Shown here piece after piece: positions 45,253 to 48,957 of a stretch of DNA of 48,957 bases. Every line of letters begins with the position of its first letter. Positions within the stretch are counted from its first letter, which is position 1. The stretch comes from Chromera velia (lineage: Eukaryota). The stretch lies in the NCBI GenBank assembly GCA_018398765.1, contig JAHBMJ010000362.1, positions 1 through 48,957 of the forward strand. The letters run 5' to 3'. A program made the position numbers and the translations under genes. The notes under the pieces are model-generated. The model saw nothing but the letters and a program-made list of their open reading frames with translations. It made no database searches and was not told the origin of the DNA.

Positions 45253-45972
45253 TTATCTTACAGAGTGGGGTGCAGAGGCAATGAGCCATGCAGCGCGATC
45301 GCGTATATTCAACGTTGTATTATGAAGATGCTCAGCGACCTGTTCATCAAAGCGCAGGAGGTCAGCGTTTTTATTCTGTAAGAGAGACTCCAAAGTCCCC
45401 CCTGTTTCAAAAATGCGGTGCGCATCATACACCAGGTCTTTGGGTTTGCAAAGCTGCGCCAGTATCGAAAGAGATGCCAGTGGGGTAACTGTATCAAAGT
45501 TTAGGTTTTCTAAAAGCTGCGCTAGGACTGTAGTCTGTATGCGGACCTGCAAATGGGACTCAGTGATGCGTTCTAGGAGCCGTTCATGTTCAAAATGGAC
45601 GGCAGAAGGGAAAAGGCGGTAATAGACCATACTTGGAGCTTGAAGAGCCAACAGCCACCATCCACCAACGTTCGCTATAGTTTCTAGACAGTGAAAAATT
45701 CCTGTGGCTTGCAGGCCATGCTCTAGTGCGGTAGTAGGAAAAGGCTCAAGCTCCACTAGGTTAACTGAGGCATAATCTAGTAAGCTTTCGTCTATGGTGT
45801 CTAGCAGCCTCATGGAGGCTTCGATAAGTTGAGTGCTAGCGGTTACGAACGGGACAAGGTGAAAAGGGATGACTAGACTGCTAGTAGGGCAGTGGTGGCC
45901 TAGGAAGTCGGCGATGAGCGCTTGGAGGGGCAAAGGGAAGCTATGTTGCTTTGCTTGTATGTCTGAAGTCAT
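45253..45972 (-). CDS. Intronless hypothetical protein (239 aa) in the virus-like cluster
   Basis: Open frame with globular-protein composition, ending 11 bp before the nuclease ATG; no family recognised. Confidence 0.5.
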   Translation of the reverse strand: MTSDIQAKQHSFPLPLQALIADFLGHHCPTSSLVIPFHLVPFVTASTQLIEASMRLLDTIDESLLDYASVNLVELEPFPTTALEHGLQATGIFHCLETIANVGGWWLLALQAPSMVYYRLFPSAVHFEHERLLERITESHLQVRIQTTVLAQLLENLNFDTVTPLASLSILAQLCKPKDLVYDAHRIFETGGTLESLLQNKNADLLRFDEQVAEHLHNTTLNIRDRAAWLIASAPHSVR

Positions 45973-46056
45973 GAGATTGCCTTTTACTATTATGAACACT
46001 GTATACCCACATGGATCGGTCCCATGAGCATGTGCATGGAGAGGCTAAGCCCGAGT

Positions 46057-46497
46057 TCACTCACTTCTTTGACCAGACCAAAACGAATGAGCAGACCCTC
46101 CAACATCGTCTGTCGACCCACCACTCGAAAGATTAAATTGATTTCCTTCCCGATATTTTTTTTTTGCCGGCGTTGGCAAAATACGAAACTCGTTGAAATG
46201 CGGCCCCGTCTCCAAAACAACAGTGTATTCTGCGTTTGTAGTCTGGCCCCCCTTCTCAAGAACCGATGAATGCAGCACACCTTCAAAAACCTCCAAAGTT
46301 TCTGGCCTACCCCTCACCTCCATCTGCAGCGTGTCATCGTCTACGCGACGAACAAAGCCACCAAGACTCACCGGGCTTACGGGACCCCGGACCAAACTTG
46401 CCAATACCCGGCACGCATGCGGGACGTGGAAGCTTCTGATCGTGTACCGCACTTTCTTGAGTTGTGTGTGGCCTAGTGTGGGAAAGCTCTGCTGTCC
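46057..46497 (-). CDS. Acylphosphatase-like domain protein, start unresolved (possible exon or pseudogene)
   Basis: SLGGFVRRVDDDTLQMEVRGRPETLEVFEGVL...HFNEFRIL fits the pattern l.GwVrN..dg.Vei..eG....le.f...l...f..F.I; catalytic motifs not seen; possible CTGCAG acceptor near 46498. Confidence 0.5.
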   Translation of the reverse strand, partial: GQQSFPTLGHTQLKKVRYTIRSFHVPHACRVLASLVRGPVSPVSLGGFVRRVDDDTLQMEVRGRPETLEVFEGVLHSSVLEKGGQTTNAEYTVVLETGPHFNEFRILPTPAKKKYREGNQFNLSSGGSTDDVGGSAHSFWSGQRSE

Positions 46498-46699
46498 TGC
46501 AGACCAGAATGGGGGATAGATGCGTTCATCATCAACTCATGTTTTTTTTAGAGCACAAGTCCGCTCACTACTCACTCAGTGACACTCACTGATGACACTC
46601 ACTGATCCACCCATCCACGCACTGCTCCCTTATGACACCGAGCAAACAGCCAGCCATGCACACACACACACACGTACCCAGTACGCATCTACAGAAATG

Positions 46700-47330
46700 G
46701 AGACAGTGTTAGGTATCATGAAAAAATTCCATTCGGACGACGAAGAAAAAACCGGGAAAGGCCTGCAGACACTCAACGCTCAACAGACCACGCAAACCCG
46801 AGACCAAACCTCTCAATGCAGGCATACACACACTGCTCTCACGGTGCGCATACACACTCCCTATGGTTCCTTCCCACCACAGAACAGCCAAACTACATAA
46901 CACAACTTAAAGAGATAGAGATGCCGAATGCATGATGGAGAATTTTTGTTCGGGCGGCGAAAAAAGACAGGGGCGGCAGGAAGCCCGCAGACACGGCACT
47001 CAGGCGTCTCACACAGCCAGCCACTCTCTCACACACACAGAGCACTCGCGCTCTTCCATCTGGCGACGTCGAACGCCTGCTGGAGAAAACGGGAAAGGCC
47101 CGCAGACACTCAAACGGTCGACAGACCACGCAAAGCCACAGCAGACAGGCAGGCACACACGCACTTCTCTTACAGCACGCGTTCACGCTGCCTGATCGTA
47201 TACACCCACCACCAAACAGCAGACCAACGAGTCATACACGGCACGCGCATGTCAACTTAAAGAGATGGAGATGCCGAATGTAGGATGGAGAATTTTTTGT
47301 CCGGGCGAGGTTGCGACGGAAAAACGGGAA
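46700..47330. repeat. Imperfect tandem duplication, period about 340-350 bp
   Basis: CAACTTAAAGAGAT.GAGATGCCGAATG..GATGGAGAATTTTT at about 46903 and 47253; GGGAAAGGCC.GCAGACACTCAA..ACAGACCACGCAAA at about 46754 and 47091. Confidence 0.75.
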
Positions 47331-47534
47331 GGGGAAGCCAGGTCGAGCCAGACGGGTCACACGCGACTTAGGAGAAAAGCAGAGAGCCGAGGCCCCTGAC
47401 GGCCACGGACCGCACACGAAAAAGAGCACACACAGCCGAGCGCGAAGACCTGTCTGACGGTTTAGGGCAAGCAGACACAAAGGAAAACAAGTGGGTGCAT
47501 CGACAGAAAGACGGGATATACGGGCGAAGGGCGA

Positions 47535-48742
47535 CCAACCTTGCGGAGCCTGGCGTGGAAAAAGACCCTCTACAAACTCTCTTTTCCCCTCGTCGTCGGG
47601 AATCTGAGAGAACCCACTGAAGCTGCTGTGTGGCTCTCTGTTCAAAGGCCCAAGCGCATACCGCAGACCCTGATTCGCGATCACGAAAGCGCGGCAGGCC
47701 TCCTTGTCTGCTGATGAGTTCCCGTTGTACGCGTGGGCACGTCGATTTCTCGTCTTGCTCGACAAGGCCCAGTCTGCACCGCGCACATACACGGTCAGCA
47801 CCCACAGGACGAAAAGAGAAGGCAGGGGGACAAAAGACGAAGCAGCACAGAGCACGAACGAGCGAGTCCAAGGTCGCCTCATCTGGACACAGCTAGAAAA
47901 AGAAAGAAGCCGTACAGACGCACCTGCAGGAGGAATCTGACTGCCCTTGGAAGGGCGCCGCTCGTCCGCCAGCACACTGGAGGTCCGAAGAGCCTGCACA
48001 CACAGACGGTGGCAAAGACTTTGCTTTGAACGAGTCAACAGATCCTGAAACCACAAGGGCACACCAAGGGCAGGCATGCTCTGCTCACCGCTTGAAGAAA
48101 CTCCCAGGCCGCACCCTCGGGCCCCAGGCTCGGCTCTACCACCTCCCTCCACACGGGGCTTCTATCAAGACGCCAGCGGGGATCTGCAAAGAGCCAAGAG
48201 TCCCAATGGAAAAGCTGTTCGGAGCAATAACGCGGGAAGAGACAGCCAGCACACAAGAGAAAGCGGTATGGGTACACAAGCTCACGAAAGAGGAAAGCAG
48301 GACAGGGGGGACGGACAGACAGGATTGCAGGTAGCTTGAGAGGACCAAACGAGGGGGAAAAGCAGAGAGGGAGACAAAACCGGGAGAGCCGAAGGAGGGC
48401 GGGACAGCTGACCTGCAGACCCACCTGCAGGAATCGCGCGGCCATCCAGCAGAGCCACAGAAATGGCTAGAGGCTGCACGCAGGATACCAGGCAAGCAAG
48501 AAAGATATTGAGAGACGCAAGAGGCCGGAGACACGCGACTAAAGATGCATGGGACAGAAAAAACGGTCCTGGCACGCCTGGCTCACCTCTTGTCGTAGGG
48601 GTGTGAACAGGTGGGGGTAGACGTCGTCCTTTGGCCCAATGTTCTGCAGGGCAAAGGTCGCCTCATCACGCTCCCAGGGATCATCTGCATCAAAGAGACC
48701 GAAAGGCAGTCGACACGTGTTAGAAAGAAAGCGAAGGGCCAT
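47535..48742 (-). other. Probable exons of an unidentified spliced gene or pseudogene
   Basis: Coding-like blocks ending at donor-like sites (…YPHLFTPLRQE|GTGAGC; …EGAAWEFLQA|GTGAGC; …GLFPRQAPQ|GTTGGT). No complete model or homology recognised. Confidence 0.3.
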
Positions 48743-48957
48743 AGAGAGAGGAGACGTACGTCCCCCCAGTACGAGAAGCGGGCATCGCTAGAGGCAGCTA
48801 AAAAACAGCGGGAAAAAGAGGGACGAAAGAAGAAAAAGAGCGGAAAGGACCAGACAGAACAGAAGAGAGCCTAGGGCCACAGAGCACGGAAGAAGGGGGG
48901 ATATGAGCAGTCCGGATCGCAACAGGAGAAGAGCAGGAGCACTGCCAGGCCAGGCGG

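Larger units (their letters stand above)
42377..45972. mobile_element. Endogenous virus-like segment (Polinton-like virus / virophage / NCLDV-type gene cluster), decayed
   Basis: Five tightly packed or overlapping intronless frames with no microsatellites, including a D5 helicase and a T5orf172-type nuclease, unlike the host gene architecture. No capsid or packaging ATPase recognised; boundaries uncertain. Confidence 0.68.

Overview
Intron-rich, microsatellite-laden eukaryotic genomic DNA. The GTCAGT/GTGAGT donors, (TG)n-CAG acceptors and TGCATGCA motifs suggest a chromerid alveolate such as Chromera (inference). Host genes reconstructed by hand: a spliced agmatine deiminase (minus, runs off the window start), a 3-exon hypothetical gene with a degenerate GIY-YIG-like segment, an intronless FkbM-type methyltransferase, APC11 (4 exons, with a 6.3-kb satellite-filled intron) and a 19-exon guanylate-binding protein ending in a Cys-rich CaaX tail. 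Mobile DNA: a dispersed structured short repeat (3 copies), a 2.36-kb TIR element with an 8-bp target duplication, a gag-only LTR retroelement, and a second gag reading in frame into a D5-like SF3 helicase. That helicase begins a compact virus-like cluster (small basic protein, stand-alone chromodomain protein, T5orf172-type nuclease, unknown ORF). The mobile and viral sequences show heavy C-to-T decay: the two 725-bp LTRs differ at 37 sites, 35 transitions, 16 of them CpA/TpG versus TpA, resembling fungal RIP. The very long ORFs at 10-16 kb are simple-repeat artefacts.
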